Shown: positions 9,059 through 20,446, counted from the first letter of the stretch. The stretch: 64,000 nt of DNA from Candidatus Omnitrophota bacterium (GCA_026387335.1 JAPLLX010000007.1:243-64242); one strand, 5' to 3'. Program-made: numbers and translations. The notes: generated by a model from the sequence alone, not told the origin.

Positions 9059-10111
9059 ATGCAGTTAAACGATTTATTAAATCACACTAGCGAATGGCTT
9101 AAGGGAAGCGGGCCAAATTCGGATATTGTGATTTCCAGCCGCATACGCCTGGCGCGTAACCTGGATAAAGAGAATTTTCCGCATTGGGCCAACAAGTCTC
9201 AAGGCGCGACTGTTTTAAATATCATTAAAGAAGGCGTAGCTAAGGTGGATTATCTAAAACGCACGACATTTTTTAATTTGGCGGATATTGACAGCGTGGA
9301 TAAACAGTTTTTGGTCGAGCGGCATCTTATGTCGCTTGAGCAGGCCCAGAAGAGCGATAGCAAGGCGTTGGTAGTGGACGATGAAGAGATAGTCTCAATT
9401 ATGATTAATGAAGAAGACCATATCCGCATGCAGGTCATGCAATCCGGGTTTAATCTTTTTGAGGCCTGGAACATTATTAACGCGATTGATGATAATTTGG
9501 CTAGGGAGTTGAATTTCGCGTTTCTCTCTAATTGGGGCTACCTGACAGCCTGCCCTACCAATGCCGGGACAGGTATGCGCGGTTCAGTCATGCTACATCT
9601 TCCGGCGCTGGTCATGACCCGTTCAATTGAAAGGGTGATGGCCGCCATTGCCAAGCTTAGTTTTACCACCCGCGGGCTTTACGGCGAAGGAACGCAGGCA
9701 ATGGGGAACTTCTTTCAAATTTCTAACCAGATATCCTTGGGGCCAAGCGAAGGCGAGATTATTGAAAGCATAAACGGCCTGATCCGCCAGATCATTGAGC
9801 AGGAGAAACAAGCCAGAGAAAGCCTGCTTGCTAAAAACAGTCCGCTTCTGGAAGACAGGATCAACCGCAGCCTCGGTATCTTAAAGAGCGCCCGGATCAT
9901 CTCAAGCCAGGAGACAATAGAATTACTTTCAATGGTCAGGTTAGGATGCGACGCAGGAATTATTAAAGATATAGACCGTCGGGTCATCAACGAGTTATTT
10001 ATTATTACTCAGCCGGCGCACTTACAGAAATTAGAGAATAAAAAGATTTCCGCGCAGGAGCGGGATTTAAAGCGGGCGGAATTAATCCGGGACAAACTAA
10101 ATATTCATTAA
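9059..10111 (+). CDS. mcsB: Protein arginine kinase McsB (phosphagen kinase family)
   Basis: Active-site CPTNAGTGMR motif. Confidence 0.9.
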   Translation: MQLNDLLNHTSEWLKGSGPNSDIVISSRIRLARNLDKENFPHWANKSQGATVLNIIKEGVAKVDYLKRTTFFNLADIDSVDKQFLVERHLMSLEQAQKSDSKALVVDDEEIVSIMINEEDHIRMQVMQSGFNLFEAWNIINAIDDNLARELNFAFLSNWGYLTACPTNAGTGMRGSVMLHLPALVMTRSIERVMAAIAKLSFTTRGLYGEGTQAMGNFFQISNQISLGPSEGEIIESINGLIRQIIEQEKQARESLLAKNSPLLEDRINRSLGILKSARIISSQETIELLSMVRLGCDAGIIKDIDRRVINELFIITQPAHLQKLENKKISAQERDLKRAELIRDKLNIH

Positions 10112-10122
10112 GGGAGGGTTGC

Positions 10123-12543
10123 ATGTTCAATCGTTTTACGGAAAGGGCGCGGAAAGTAATCATCTTAGCTAAAGAAGAGGCCAGGCGTTTTAATCATGAC
10201 TATATCGGGACCGAGCATATACTTTTAGGCCTCATCCGTGAGGGAGAAGGTGTAGCCAGCACGGTATTGCAGAAACTCGGGCTTTCGTTAGAAAATATAC
10301 GGATTGAGGTTGAGAAATTAGTCCAGCCGGGGCCGACCACCCAGATTATCGGAGATATTCCTTTTACTCCGCGGGCAAAAAAATCATTAGAGCTGGCAGC
10401 TGAAGAAGCGCGTTCGCTGGGGCATAATTATATCGGCACCGAGCATCTTTTATTGGGCCTAATACGTGAGGGAGAAGGTATAGCTTCGCAGGTATTATTA
10501 AATTTGGGGCTGGATTTGAATTCTGTGCGTAACGAAGTCATGGAGTTGTTGGGTTCGGCTCTTCCCGGAGGCCAGGGCATCCCGGGACAGCAGGCAAAAA
10601 GCAAGACTCCGGCATTAGATGCTTTTGGCCGCGATCTTACCGCTTTAGCCAAAGAGAATAAATTGGATCCGGTTATTGACCGCGTCCAGGAGATTGAAAG
10701 GGTCATCCAGATTTTAAGCCGCAGGACCAAGAATAACCCCGTTCTTTTAGGCGAGGCAGGAGTCGGAAAGACCGCGATTGTCGAAGGCCTGGCTCAGTTG
10801 ATTGTTGCGGGTAATGTCCCGGAGTTATTGCGCGGTAAACGGCTTATTTCTTTAGATCTAGCCTTAATGGTCGCCGGGACCAAATACCGCGGCCAGTTTG
10901 AAGAGAGAATAAAAGCGGTCATGGAAGAGATTAAGCGTTCGCAGGATGTAGTTATTTTTATTGATGAGCTGCATACTTTAGTCGGGGCGGGCGCCGCGGA
11001 AGGCGCGATTGACGCTTCCAATATCTTAAAACCCGCTCTTTCGCGCGGAGAGATGCAGTGTATAGGCGCGACCACCATGGATGAATACAGGAAATATATA
11101 GAGAAGGACGCGGCTTTAGAGCGCAGGTTCCAGACGATTATGGTTGAGCCTCCTTCAGTCGACCAGACTGTGGAAATATTAAAAGGCCTGCGAGATAAAT
11201 ACGAGGCGCATCATCGGGTAACTTTTAAAGACGACGCGTTGGAAGCGGCGGTAAAATTATCCGACCGTTATATTTCCGGGAGATTTCTTCCGGATAAGGC
11301 GATTGATTTAATGGATGAAGCAGGCTCACGGGCCAGGCTTAATGTCCTGATTGTCCCGCCTGACATTAAAAAATTAGAGGAAAAGGTCGAGGGCTTAAGG
11401 AAAGAAAAAGAGTCGTTTATTAAGAGCCAGGATTTTGAAAAAGCCGCGTCTTTACGCGACCAGGAAAGGCAGACGCGCCAGGAATTAGAGCAATTGAATA
11501 AAGAATGGTCGCAGGCCAAAGATAAGATGCGGCCGGAAGTAAACGAAGAAGATATAGCTAAGATCGTGGCTCAATGGACAGGCATTCCCATATTTAGATT
11601 AGAAGAAAAAGAGAGCGAAAAATTACTTAAGATTGAAGAGGAATTACATAAGCGGGTAGTCGGCCAGAACGAAGCGATTGAAGCGATAGCCCACGCGGTC
11701 AGGCGTTCGCGCGCCGGTATTAAGGATCCCCGCAGGCCGATAGGTTCATTTGTATTCTTAGGCCCGACGGGCGTAGGGAAATCCCTGCTGGCCCGGGCAT
11801 TAGCGGAATTTATGTTTGGCGATGAAGACGCTCTAATCCAACTGGATATGTCCGAGTATATGGAGAAATTCAATGTTTCGCGTTTAATCGGCGCTCCTCC
11901 TGGATATGTCGGTTATGAAGAGGGCGGGCAGCTTACCGAAAGGATCCGCCGGCGGCCGTATTCGGTCATTCTTTTGGATGAAATTGAAAAAGCTCACCCG
12001 GATGTATTTAATTTACTGCTGCAGGTTTTTGAAGAAGGCCGCCTGACCGATAGTTTCGGCAGAAAGGTTGATTTCCGCAATACCGTGATCATTATGACTT
12101 CTAATGTCGGAGCGGACTTGATCCGTAAGGCCGGCTCACTGGGTTTTAAGACCCAAAAAGAAGAGGTTACTTACCAGGATATGAAAGATAAGCTGCTGGA
12201 GGAAGTGAAACATACTTTTAAACCGGAATTCTTAAACCGGATTGATGATATTATCGTCTTTAGGCAACTTCTCAAAGAAGACCTTACCCGCATTATTGAT
12301 ATTGAGATAGGGCATGTTGCCGCCAGATTAAAGGAGCAGAATATTTCCTTGGAAGTCAGCCCCGAGGCCAAAGAATTCCTTATTGATAAGGGGTTTGACC
12401 TGGTGTTTGGGGCCCGGCCCTTAAAGAGGACGATCCAGAGATACCTGGAGGACCCATTAGCTTCGGAGATAATATCCAAGAAATTTAAGGATGGCTCGGC
12501 GGTTAAGGTAACGCGTAAAAACGAGGAACTAATCTTTTCCTAA
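10123..12543 (+). CDS. clpC: ATP-dependent Clp protease ATP-binding subunit ClpC
   Basis: Two Clp_N repeats, two AAA+ modules (GEAGVGKT, GPTGVGKS), UVR linker. Confidence 0.92.
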   Translation: MFNRFTERARKVIILAKEEARRFNHDYIGTEHILLGLIREGEGVASTVLQKLGLSLENIRIEVEKLVQPGPTTQIIGDIPFTPRAKKSLELAAEEARSLGHNYIGTEHLLLGLIREGEGIASQVLLNLGLDLNSVRNEVMELLGSALPGGQGIPGQQAKSKTPALDAFGRDLTALAKENKLDPVIDRVQEIERVIQILSRRTKNNPVLLGEAGVGKTAIVEGLAQLIVAGNVPELLRGKRLISLDLALMVAGTKYRGQFEERIKAVMEEIKRSQDVVIFIDELHTLVGAGAAEGAIDASNILKPALSRGEMQCIGATTMDEYRKYIEKDAALERRFQTIMVEPPSVDQTVEILKGLRDKYEAHHRVTFKDDALEAAVKLSDRYISGRFLPDKAIDLMDEAGSRARLNVLIVPPDIKKLEEKVEGLRKEKESFIKSQDFEKAASLRDQERQTRQELEQLNKEWSQAKDKMRPEVNEEDIAKIVAQWTGIPIFRLEEKESEKLLKIEEELHKRVVGQNEAIEAIAHAVRRSRAGIKDPRRPIGSFVFLGPTGVGKSLLARALAEFMFGDEDALIQLDMSEYMEKFNVSRLIGAPPGYVGYEEGGQLTERIRRRPYSVILLDEIEKAHPDVFNLLLQVFEEGRLTDSFGRKVDFRNTVIIMTSNVGADLIRKAGSLGFKTQKEEVTYQDMKDKLLEEVKHTFKPEFLNRIDDIIVFRQLLKEDLTRIIDIEIGHVAARLKEQNISLEVSPEAKEFLIDKGFDLVFGARPLKRTIQRYLEDPLASEIISKKFKDGSAVKVTRKNEELIFS

Positions 12544-13328
12544 TGCTATATGAATTTTTTATTACTCTAGGCTCCCGCGTCATCTCCTTCATGTACTTTA
12601 TGGGAGGGATAAGCAACTTAGGTATTCAGACTGTTTGTTCCATTTTTGTCCCGCCGTTTAAAAAAGACCGCATATTTGAACAGATGAAGAAGGCCGGGTT
12701 TGATAGCCTCCCGATAGTCTCGCTGATCTCTTTATTTATCGGTTTTATATTTGCCCTGCAGTCCGCTTATTTTATGCAACGTATGGGCTCGGAGATCTAT
12801 ATCGCGAGTTTAGTCGCGCTAGCTATTGTGCGCGAACTTGGTCCCGTAATCACCGCTTTGATCGTAGCCGGCAGGGTAGGCGCTTCCATTACCGCGGAAC
12901 TGGGTTCAATGCAGGTCACTGAACAAATTGACGCTTTGGAGACTCTAGCGACTAATCCTATAAAATACCTGGTCATGCCGCGCTTCCTGGCTTTAAGCCT
13001 GATGCTGCCTTTATTGACCCTCTATTCTGACGCGATAGGTATCCTGGGAAGCTATATGATTTGCGTATTTAAGCTGGGCATATCTTCCAGTATGTATCTG
13101 CGGGTTACGGCTGAAGCCCTGTTTTATAAGGACCTCTTTACCGGTTTATTTAAGACTATATTCTTCGGAATGATTATTGCCCTGGTCTCCTGTTACGAAG
13201 GATTTAATGTCGTGGGAGGAGCGGAGGGAGTAGGCAGGGCGACTACCCGCTCGGTGGTTTTTAGTTTTATCATGATTATTATCGCCGACTGTTTCTTTAC
13301 GGCTATGTTTTATTTTATATTCCCTTAA
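12543..13328 (+). CDS. mlaE: Phospholipid ABC transporter permease MlaE
   Basis: MlaE-like TM profile, followed by MlaF and MlaD. Confidence 0.8.
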   Translation: MLYEFFITLGSRVISFMYFMGGISNLGIQTVCSIFVPPFKKDRIFEQMKKAGFDSLPIVSLISLFIGFIFALQSAYFMQRMGSEIYIASLVALAIVRELGPVITALIVAGRVGASITAELGSMQVTEQIDALETLATNPIKYLVMPRFLALSLMLPLLTLYSDAIGILGSYMICVFKLGISSSMYLRVTAEALFYKDLFTGLFKTIFFGMIIALVSCYEGFNVVGGAEGVGRATTRSVVFSFIMIIIADCFFTAMFYFIFP

Positions 13329-13333
13329 AAAAG

Positions 13334-14095
13334 ATGATTGAAATAACCGGATTGCATAAATCGTTAGGAGCGCATAGGGTCCTAAACGGGGTGCACCTAA
13401 GAATCGAAAAAGGAAAGACCTGCGTAATCATCGGCCGCTCCGGCTGCGGCAAATCTGTCCTGCTTAAACATATTGTAGGTATCTTAAAAGCCGATAAAGG
13501 AAAGATCTTAATTGATAATCAGGATGTCGGGGTATTAAGCGAAAAGGAATTGAATGCGTTGCGCCTTAAGATGGGCATGGTTTTTCAGGGAGGCGCGTTA
13601 TTTGATTCGATGACCGTAGGAGAGAACGTCGGTTTCGGGCTTATTGAATTTGACCACCTTACGCATAGGAAACTTTTAGAAAGAATAGAGTCGTCGTTAG
13701 CCATGGTGGGGCTGCATGGGATAGGCAGTCTTATGCCTTCGGAGTTAAGCGGCGGGATGCGTAAGCGCGTGGCTTTGGCCCGGGCAATCTGCATAAAGCC
13801 CGAGATTATATTGTATGATGAACCGACTACCGGCGTGGATCCGATCACGGCCGACAGTATAAATGAATTAATCAAAAGCATGCATGATAAGTTAAATGTT
13901 ACCTCTATCGTAGTCACTCATGATATAACCAGCGCCTATAAAGTTGCGGATAAAATAGCCATGCTTTATCAGGGCAGGATTATTGCCGAGGGCACTCCTG
14001 AAGAAATCCAGAAAACAAAAAATCCTGTTGTTCATCAATTTATTAACGGCTTAAGCACCGGCCCGATAACCGAAACGCTTGATCGTTCCAGATAA
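13334..14095 (+). CDS. mlaF: Phospholipid ABC transporter ATPase MlaF
   Basis: GRSGCGKS, LSGGMRKR, LYDEPT. Confidence 0.8.
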   Translation: MIEITGLHKSLGAHRVLNGVHLRIEKGKTCVIIGRSGCGKSVLLKHIVGILKADKGKILIDNQDVGVLSEKELNALRLKMGMVFQGGALFDSMTVGENVGFGLIEFDHLTHRKLLERIESSLAMVGLHGIGSLMPSELSGGMRKRVALARAICIKPEIILYDEPTTGVDPITADSINELIKSMHDKLNVTSIVVTHDITSAYKVADKIAMLYQGRIIAEGTPEEIQKTKNPVVHQFINGLSTGPITETLDRSR

Positions 14096-14109
14096 CCGGA
14101 GGAATTAAA

Positions 14110-14724
14110 ATGATATTTGGAAAGACAAAATTGGAATTAAAAGTGGGGATTTTTGTTTTTATAGGTTTGATTATACTTATGATTTTTGTCCTTTCTATAG
14201 GCGGGGTGAAGACCTGGGCTTCGGGTTACCGGGTAAATTTCATTTTTGGTTTTATAAATGGCGTCAAGACCGGCGCGCCGGTCAGGTTTGCCGGAGTGGA
14301 TTCCGGAGTGGTCAAAGCAATAAAATTCTATTACGACCCCGAGGCGTTAAAAACCAGAGTGCGTATAACCTGCTGGGTGCATAAGAATGTAAATATACCT
14401 CTGGATTCTAAGATCTGGGTGAATACCTTGGGTCTTTTAGGCGAGAAATATGTTGAGATCATGCCGGGTGAAAATTATAACAATCTGCTTTTGGCTAATC
14501 AGGAGATGTTCGGAGAAGACCCGCTTCCGATGAACGAGATCATGAAAGATGCCAAGCATATTACGGATAACCTGAATACGGGATTAGAGAAGATAATGAA
14601 TAAAGAAGGGACAGTAGGCAAGCTCTTATTTGATGACAAGGTCTATAATGAACTGGACGGTTTAGTCACTGACTTACGTAAGAATCCCTGGAAATTATTC
14701 TGGAAGGCTAAGGAAAAGAAGTAA
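14110..14724 (+). CDS. mlaD: MCE-domain protein MlaD
   Basis: N-terminal TM and MCE domain pattern. Confidence 0.7.
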   Translation: MIFGKTKLELKVGIFVFIGLIILMIFVLSIGGVKTWASGYRVNFIFGFINGVKTGAPVRFAGVDSGVVKAIKFYYDPEALKTRVRITCWVHKNVNIPLDSKIWVNTLGLLGEKYVEIMPGENYNNLLLANQEMFGEDPLPMNEIMKDAKHITDNLNTGLEKIMNKEGTVGKLLFDDKVYNELDGLVTDLRKNPWKLFWKAKEKK

Positions 14725-16130
14725 TGGCCAAACTCAGAACTATATTTACCTGCCAGAGTTGCGGGTATCAATCTCCTAAATGGCTGGGCAGATGCCCGGA
14801 TTGCTCAAGCTGGAATTCTTTTGTGGAGGAGGATTATAGCGCTCCGTCTTCTAAAGGAAAAGAACGGGCCTCTTTATATAAAGATGAGCCGGTATTACTT
14901 AAGGACGTCGAGGCCAGGGAAGAGGAGCGGCTTAAAACAGGCATATCCGAATTAGACAGGGTTTTAGGAGGAGGGATAGTTGCCGGTTCGGTAATTTTAA
15001 TCGGCGGAGACCCGGGAGTAGGTAAATCCACGATATCCTTGCAAGTATCTAACCAGTTGACCAAGCAGGGAATAAAAGTCCTTTATGTAAGCGGGGAGGA
15101 GAGCGTTCATCAGACTAAGCTTAGGGCTAAGCGCCTGGGTTCGCATGAATCCGATTGTCTTTATATTGTCAATCAGACGGATCTATCCTTAATCGTTGAA
15201 TATATTAAGAAGCTTAAGCCGGGCGCTGTAATTATTGATTCTATTCAGGTTGTTTTTGACCCCGGGATCAGCTCTTCCGCCGGAAGTGTGAGTCAAGTAA
15301 GGGAATGCGCCGGGATCCTTACCCAATTAGCCAAAACAACCGGCACGCCGATTTTTATTATAGGCCATGTGACTAAAGAAGGCACAATCGCCGGCCCAAG
15401 AGTCTTAGAGCATATTGTAGATACGGTTTTATATTTTGAAGGTGATCGCTTCTCCCTTTACCGTATTTTACGGGCGGTAAAGAACAGGTTTGGTTCGACT
15501 AATGAGATAGGCGTTTTTGAAATGAACGCTCAAGGGTTAGCCGAAGTAAAAAATCCGTCGGAAATATTTTTATCCGAAAGGCCGCAGGATGTAGCGGGTT
15601 CAGTAGTTACTTCCATAATGGAGGGCTCTAGGCCGCTTTTAGTGGAAATGCAATCTCTGGTCAGTCGGTCAAGTTTTGGTTATGCCCGCAGGCGGGCCCA
15701 GGGATTTGATTCTAACCGGCTCAGCCTCTTGACCGCTGTTTTAGAAAAAAGGATTGGCTTAGCGCTTGAGGCCGAAGACATCTTTGTCAATGTCGCCGGC
15801 GGAATAAAAGTGGAAGACCCGGCGGCAGATCTGGGTTTGGCAGTAGCTATAGCTTCTGCGTTCCGTGAGCAATTAGTCCTGCCGGCTACGTTGATTTTGG
15901 GTGAAGTGGGCTTAAGCGGAGAAGTCAGGAGTGTTTCCCAGATTATGCTGCGGATAAACGAAGCCGAGAAGCTGGGTTTTAAACATTGCATTTTGCCTAA
16001 AAATAATCATAAAAATCTTAAATATTATAAGGGCGCTATTGAATTAATCCCGGTAGCGAATTTAAAGGAAGGATTAGATATCGCCTTAGGCAGACAGGCT
16101 GCGCCTTGCGGCAGCCAAGGAGGGAAATAA
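14724..16130 (+). CDS. radA: DNA repair protein RadA/Sms
   Basis: C4 zinc finger CQSCGY...CPDC, RecA-like GDPGVGKST, Lon-like C-terminal domain. Confidence 0.92.
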   Translation: MAKLRTIFTCQSCGYQSPKWLGRCPDCSSWNSFVEEDYSAPSSKGKERASLYKDEPVLLKDVEAREEERLKTGISELDRVLGGGIVAGSVILIGGDPGVGKSTISLQVSNQLTKQGIKVLYVSGEESVHQTKLRAKRLGSHESDCLYIVNQTDLSLIVEYIKKLKPGAVIIDSIQVVFDPGISSSAGSVSQVRECAGILTQLAKTTGTPIFIIGHVTKEGTIAGPRVLEHIVDTVLYFEGDRFSLYRILRAVKNRFGSTNEIGVFEMNAQGLAEVKNPSEIFLSERPQDVAGSVVTSIMEGSRPLLVEMQSLVSRSSFGYARRRAQGFDSNRLSLLTAVLEKRIGLALEAEDIFVNVAGGIKVEDPAADLGLAVAIASAFREQLVLPATLILGEVGLSGEVRSVSQIMLRINEAEKLGFKHCILPKNNHKNLKYYKGAIELIPVANLKEGLDIALGRQAAPCGSQGGK

Positions 16131-17095
16131 TGAATTTATTCTTCGCGCGGGTTTTATTCTTGGTCGGTAGCATGACAGTGGGTTATCAGTCAGGAGATAT
16201 GCTCGGCATTCTTATCGGAGGCGGGTTAGGTTTATTAATTATTATTTTAGAAGTAGGTTTACGTAAGGTTTCGGTGAGCGGGCTCTCCAGCAGCGTTTTC
16301 GGGTTGATTCTAGGTTTAATTATGGCAAAACTTGTAGGGGATGCTTTCAGTGTTACTCCGCTTTCCCCCAGCGCGCTCTCTTCGGTCAGGGTGATACTGA
16401 CCCTGGTATTTTGTTATCTGGGTATGGTCATGGCGCTACGCGGTAAAGACGAATTCAGCGTTATTATTCCTTATGTCCGTTTGCGCCGGCAGGATAGCGC
16501 GGGGGATATCGTGATCTTAGATACAAGCGTAATTATTGACGGAAGGATCGTGGATATATGCAAGACCAAGTTCTTAAGCGGTAAAATTATTATTCCTAAA
16601 TTTGTTTTAAGGGAGCTTCAGCAGATCGCGGATTCAACCGACCCGATTAAACGCCAAAGAGGCAGGCGCGGATTAGAAATTCTGCATACAATACAAAAAG
16701 AATCCGGGTTGGATATTGTTATCCATGACGGGGATTTTGCGGAGACTTCGGAAGTGGACGCCAAACTGGTAAAGTTAGCCAAGCTCCTGGAGGCTAAGAT
16801 CCTGACTGTTGATTTTAACTTAAACCGCGTAGCCACCATCCAGGGGATAAAGGTTTTAAATATCAATGAACTGGCTAACGCGCTTAAGCCGGTAGTTTTT
16901 CCCGGTGAAGTGATGCAGCTTAAAATAATTAAAGAAGGGAAAGAGCATAATCAAGCGATAGGTTATCTTGATGACGGGACAATGGTAGTGGTGGAGGATG
17001 CCCGCCGCTTAATCGGACAGGAAGTCAAAGTCGCGGTTACCTCTGTCCTGCAGACGCAGGCAGGCAGGATGATTTTTACTAAGCTAGAACGATAA
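16130..17095 (+). CDS. yacL: PIN + TRAM domain membrane protein (YacL-like)
   Basis: TM N-terminus, PIN-like ([10 protein letters not shown]), C-terminal TRAM. SD aaggaggg before ATG 16130. Confidence 0.7.
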   Translation: MNLFFARVLFLVGSMTVGYQSGDMLGILIGGGLGLLIIILEVGLRKVSVSGLSSSVFGLILGLIMAKLVGDAFSVTPLSPSALSSVRVILTLVFCYLGMVMALRGKDEFSVIIPYVRLRRQDSAGDIVILDTSVIIDGRIVDICKTKFLSGKIIIPKFVLRELQQIADSTDPIKRQRGRRGLEILHTIQKESGLDIVIHDGDFAETSEVDAKLVKLAKLLEAKILTVDFNLNRVATIQGIKVLNINELANALKPVVFPGEVMQLKIIKEGKEHNQAIGYLDDGTMVVVEDARRLIGQEVKVAVTSVLQTQAGRMIFTKLER

Positions 17096-17096
17096 A

Positions 17097-17783
17097 ATGT
17101 TTGTAAGCGCTATAATTGTTGCAGCCGGAAACAGCCGAAGATTCGGGAATAAGTTTTCTAAAGCTGTCTTAAGGATAAATTCTAAGCCGGTAATCGCTTA
17201 TTCGCTGGATGTTTTAAGCGAGCATCATAAGATAAAAGAGATTATTGTTGTAGGTAACCTTAAAAATATTGAGAGCCTGCGTGAGATTATCAGAAAAAAT
17301 AAGATACACAAAGCCGTTAAGGTAATTTTGGGCGGAAAAGAGCGCCAGGATTCCGTAGGTAATGGCCTAAAAGTAATAAATCCTAAAGCGGATTTTGTCT
17401 TGATTCACGACGCGGCGCGGCCTTTTATCACTAAAGGACTGGTAACTTTGGTCATCAAAGAGGCTCTGGAATCAAAAGCAGCCATAACGGGGGTACCGGT
17501 AAAGGCAACCATAAAAAAAGCCGATAATAAGGGTTGCGTAAAACGGACGATTGACAGGAATAACCTGTGGGAGATACAAACTCCGCAGGTTTTCTCAAAA
17601 AAGTTGATTTTAAATGCCTATAAAAAATTTGGGCGGTTTAAGGTTACGGATGACGCGATGCTGGTAGAGCGAACAGGGAGAAAAGTGAAGATGGTTTTAG
17701 GGGCGTATCACAATATCAAGATTACTACACCTGAAGATTTGATAATCGCTAAAGGAATAGCTCGATTATGGAAACCCGCATAG
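17097..17783 (+). CDS. ispD: 2-C-methyl-D-erythritol 4-phosphate cytidylyltransferase
   Basis: N-terminal AAGNSRRFG nucleotide-binding motif. Confidence 0.85.
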   Translation: MFVSAIIVAAGNSRRFGNKFSKAVLRINSKPVIAYSLDVLSEHHKIKEIIVVGNLKNIESLREIIRKNKIHKAVKVILGGKERQDSVGNGLKVINPKADFVLIHDAARPFITKGLVTLVIKEALESKAAITGVPVKATIKKADNKGCVKRTIDRNNLWEIQTPQVFSKKLILNAYKKFGRFKVTDDAMLVERTGRKVKMVLGAYHNIKITTPEDLIIAKGIARLWKPA

Positions 17784-18250
17784 GCGTAGGTTATGATATT
17801 CATCGTCTAGTCTCCGAGCGTAAATTATTTATCGGAGGCGTAGAGATACCTTACATCAAAGGCCTGTTGGGCCACTCCGACGCGGATGTTTTAATCCATG
17901 CGATATGCGACGCTCTCTTAGGCGCTATAGCCGAAAAAGATATCGGCGAGCTCTTCCCGGACACTGACCCAAAATACCAGGGAATTTCCAGCTCGGAATT
18001 ATTAAAAGTAGTTTTAGAATTGGTGCGTAAAAAAGGCTATCAAGTTTCTAACTTGGACACGGTTATAATCGCCGAAGAGCCGAAGTTCGCGCCGTTTAAG
18101 AATAGGATCCAGGAATCTTTAAGCAAGATCATGAATATTGATAAAGACCGCGTGGGCCTAAAGGCTAAGACAAATGAGGGTTTGGGAGAGTTGGGGAGGA
18201 AAGAGGGGATTGCTTGTTACGCCACTGTTCTAATTAAGAAGGAGAGCTAA
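17768..18250 (+). CDS. ispF: 2-C-methyl-D-erythritol 2,4-cyclodiphosphate synthase
   Basis: GYDIHRL and HSDADV motifs. Confidence 0.9.
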   Translation: METRIGVGYDIHRLVSERKLFIGGVEIPYIKGLLGHSDADVLIHAICDALLGAIAEKDIGELFPDTDPKYQGISSSELLKVVLELVRKKGYQVSNLDTVIIAEEPKFAPFKNRIQESLSKIMNIDKDRVGLKAKTNEGLGELGRKEGIACYATVLIKKES

Positions 18251-18928
18251 ATGGTTTGCCTTACACAGATATTATTATTTATTTTAGGGTTAATTATTCT
18301 TAAAAATATCGTGATTGCGATTTTTTTCTATTCCGAGATAAAAACAGCTCAGAAAAAGGATCCTGCCGCCAAGAGCTTTATTGAAATCTTACTTTTGTAT
18401 CAGGGTTTACACGCTTTAGTAGCTTATCGGACGGCAAATTTCTTCTATAGAATAAGATTTTTCTTTTTAGCCCGCTTTATTTCGCAGCTGGCGCGTTGGG
18501 CTACCGGTATTGAAATACACCCCGGAGCCAAAATCGGTAAAAGCCTTTTTATCGACCACGGTATGGGTGTGGTAATAGGCGAAACCGCGATAATCGGCGA
18601 TGGTGTGTTATTGTATCAGGGGGTTACTTTAGGCGGCACAGGCCTGGAGCACGGTAAACGGCATCCTACAATAGGAAATAATGTAGTTATCGGCGCGGGC
18701 GCCAAAGTTTTAGGAAATATAACCATTGGAGATAGTTCTTATATAGGTTCTAATGCCGTAGTCATAAAAGATGTCCCGGCAAATTCTACGGTTGTGGGGG
18801 TCCCGGGAAGAATAACCAAACAGGAAGGCAAGAAAATTGATATCAGCCTTGACCATATCCATGTGTTGGATCCCGTAATGCAGTTGATTGAAGAGTTGGA
18901 GCAGCGGATTAAAAAGTTAGAAAAATAA
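18251..18928 (+). CDS. cysE: Serine O-acetyltransferase with hydrophobic N-terminal extension
   Basis: [20 protein letters not shown] plus left-handed beta-helix hexapeptide repeats. Confidence 0.8.
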   Translation: MVCLTQILLFILGLIILKNIVIAIFFYSEIKTAQKKDPAAKSFIEILLLYQGLHALVAYRTANFFYRIRFFFLARFISQLARWATGIEIHPGAKIGKSLFIDHGMGVVIGETAIIGDGVLLYQGVTLGGTGLEHGKRHPTIGNNVVIGAGAKVLGNITIGDSSYIGSNAVVIKDVPANSTVVGVPGRITKQEGKKIDISLDHIHVLDPVMQLIEELEQRIKKLEK

Positions 18929-18940
18929 ACTGCCTATCTT

Positions 18941-20338
18941 TTGATGCCTATTTATATATATAATTCCCTAACCCGAAAAAAAGAAGAATTCATCCCTTTA
19001 AGCCCTCAAGAAATCCGGATGTATGTTTGCGGGCCTACGGTTTATGATGAGCCGCACATAGGCCATGCCCGCAGCGCCTACATCTTTGATGTCATCAGGC
19101 GCTACCTCACCTATAAAGGATACAAGGTAAAATTTGTCCGTAATATTACCGATGTGGACGATAAAATCATTAATAAGGCTAAGGAAGAATTCCCGGGCGA
19201 AGATTTAAATTCCAGCTTTAAGAAAGTAGCGCAAAAATACCTTAACTCTTATCACGAAGCCCTAAAAAGTTTAGGTATAGAGGCAAGCGGGATCATTGAA
19301 CCTAAAGCCAGCGAATATATTCCTAAAATGCTCTCCTTTATCCAGAAGTTAATTGATAGAGGAGCTGCCTATGTTGCGGACGGGGATGTCTATTTTGATA
19401 TTACGAAAGCCAAGAATTACGGGAAGTTATCCAACCAGTCATTAGCTAAAATGGAGTCGGGTGCCAGGGTTGTGGTGACGGAGAATAAACATAATCCTTT
19501 GGATTTTGCTCTCTGGAAGTCGGCTAAGGAAAATGAGCCGTCTTGGATGAGTCCCTGGGGAAAGGGCAGGCCCGGTTGGCATATTGAATGTTCCGTAATG
19601 AGCTCGGATATTTTAGGTAATGAATTTGATATCCACGGAGGAGGAATAGACCTGATTTTCCCGCACCATGAAAATGAAATCGCTCAATCCGAAGCCGCCG
19701 GAGAAAAATTCGCTAAATACTGGATGCATCACGGCCTACTTACCATCAACGGTCAAAAAATGTCCAAGTCCCTGGGAAATTTTGTAACGGTAAATAGTTT
19801 TCTGGAGAAATATAAAAACGCCGACTTATTAAAATTGTTATTTTTAGCTACTCATTATTCTCACCCCGTTGATTATACCGATGATAAAATTCAGGAAGCC
19901 AAGCAGGCGTTAGAGAGAATTGTTATCTTACTGGAAAAGACAGACGACAAGAAACCTTGTTCTAAGGCGAAAGATACCGGCTTAGCCGCTCTAAAAAATA
20001 AATTTATGGAAGCAATGGATGATGATTTTAATTCCCCGCAGGCGTTAGCTTCTATCTTTGAATTAGCCAACGCTATGAATAAAAATATCAATGATTCTGT
20101 TTTTATATGCGAGGCTAAGGCTTTGTTGTTGGAATTGAGCGGAATATTAGGTTTGCAATGGGATAAAACAAGCGATAAAGATATATCAAAGGAAGAGCAG
20201 TCCTTAATCAATAAGCGTAATGAAGCTAAGAAGCAGCGCAATTTCGCTGAAGCTGATAAGATAAGAAAAGAATTAGAAGAAAAAGGTATTATCTTAGAGG
20301 ATACTAAAGACGGCACAACTTGGCGTCGTAAGTTATAG
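18941..20338 (+). CDS. cysS: Cysteinyl-tRNA synthetase
   Basis: HIGHARS and KMSKS motifs, zinc-binding Cys. Confidence 0.95.
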   Translation: MMPIYIYNSLTRKKEEFIPLSPQEIRMYVCGPTVYDEPHIGHARSAYIFDVIRRYLTYKGYKVKFVRNITDVDDKIINKAKEEFPGEDLNSSFKKVAQKYLNSYHEALKSLGIEASGIIEPKASEYIPKMLSFIQKLIDRGAAYVADGDVYFDITKAKNYGKLSNQSLAKMESGARVVVTENKHNPLDFALWKSAKENEPSWMSPWGKGRPGWHIECSVMSSDILGNEFDIHGGGIDLIFPHHENEIAQSEAAGEKFAKYWMHHGLLTINGQKMSKSLGNFVTVNSFLEKYKNADLLKLLFLATHYSHPVDYTDDKIQEAKQALERIVILLEKTDDKKPCSKAKDTGLAALKNKFMEAMDDDFNSPQALASIFELANAMNKNINDSVFICEAKALLLELSGILGLQWDKTSDKDISKEEQSLINKRNEAKKQRNFAEADKIRKELEEKGIILEDTKDGTTWRRKL

Positions 20339-20446
20339 TTTATAGCGTATGGCTTGGCTTGTTTCTAAGCAGGGCATGTGAAGTCCAGTAGGCAAGTGTC
20401 CCTGCGGGAAACAAGACAAGGCCAGACGCTAAGGATATAAGATACC
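20339..20446 (+). other. Structured intergenic element (nested inverted repeats) between cysS and tmk
   Basis: ggcttggcttgtttc...gaaacaagacaaggcc outer stem with inner cagggca...tgtccctg. Confidence 0.3.
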
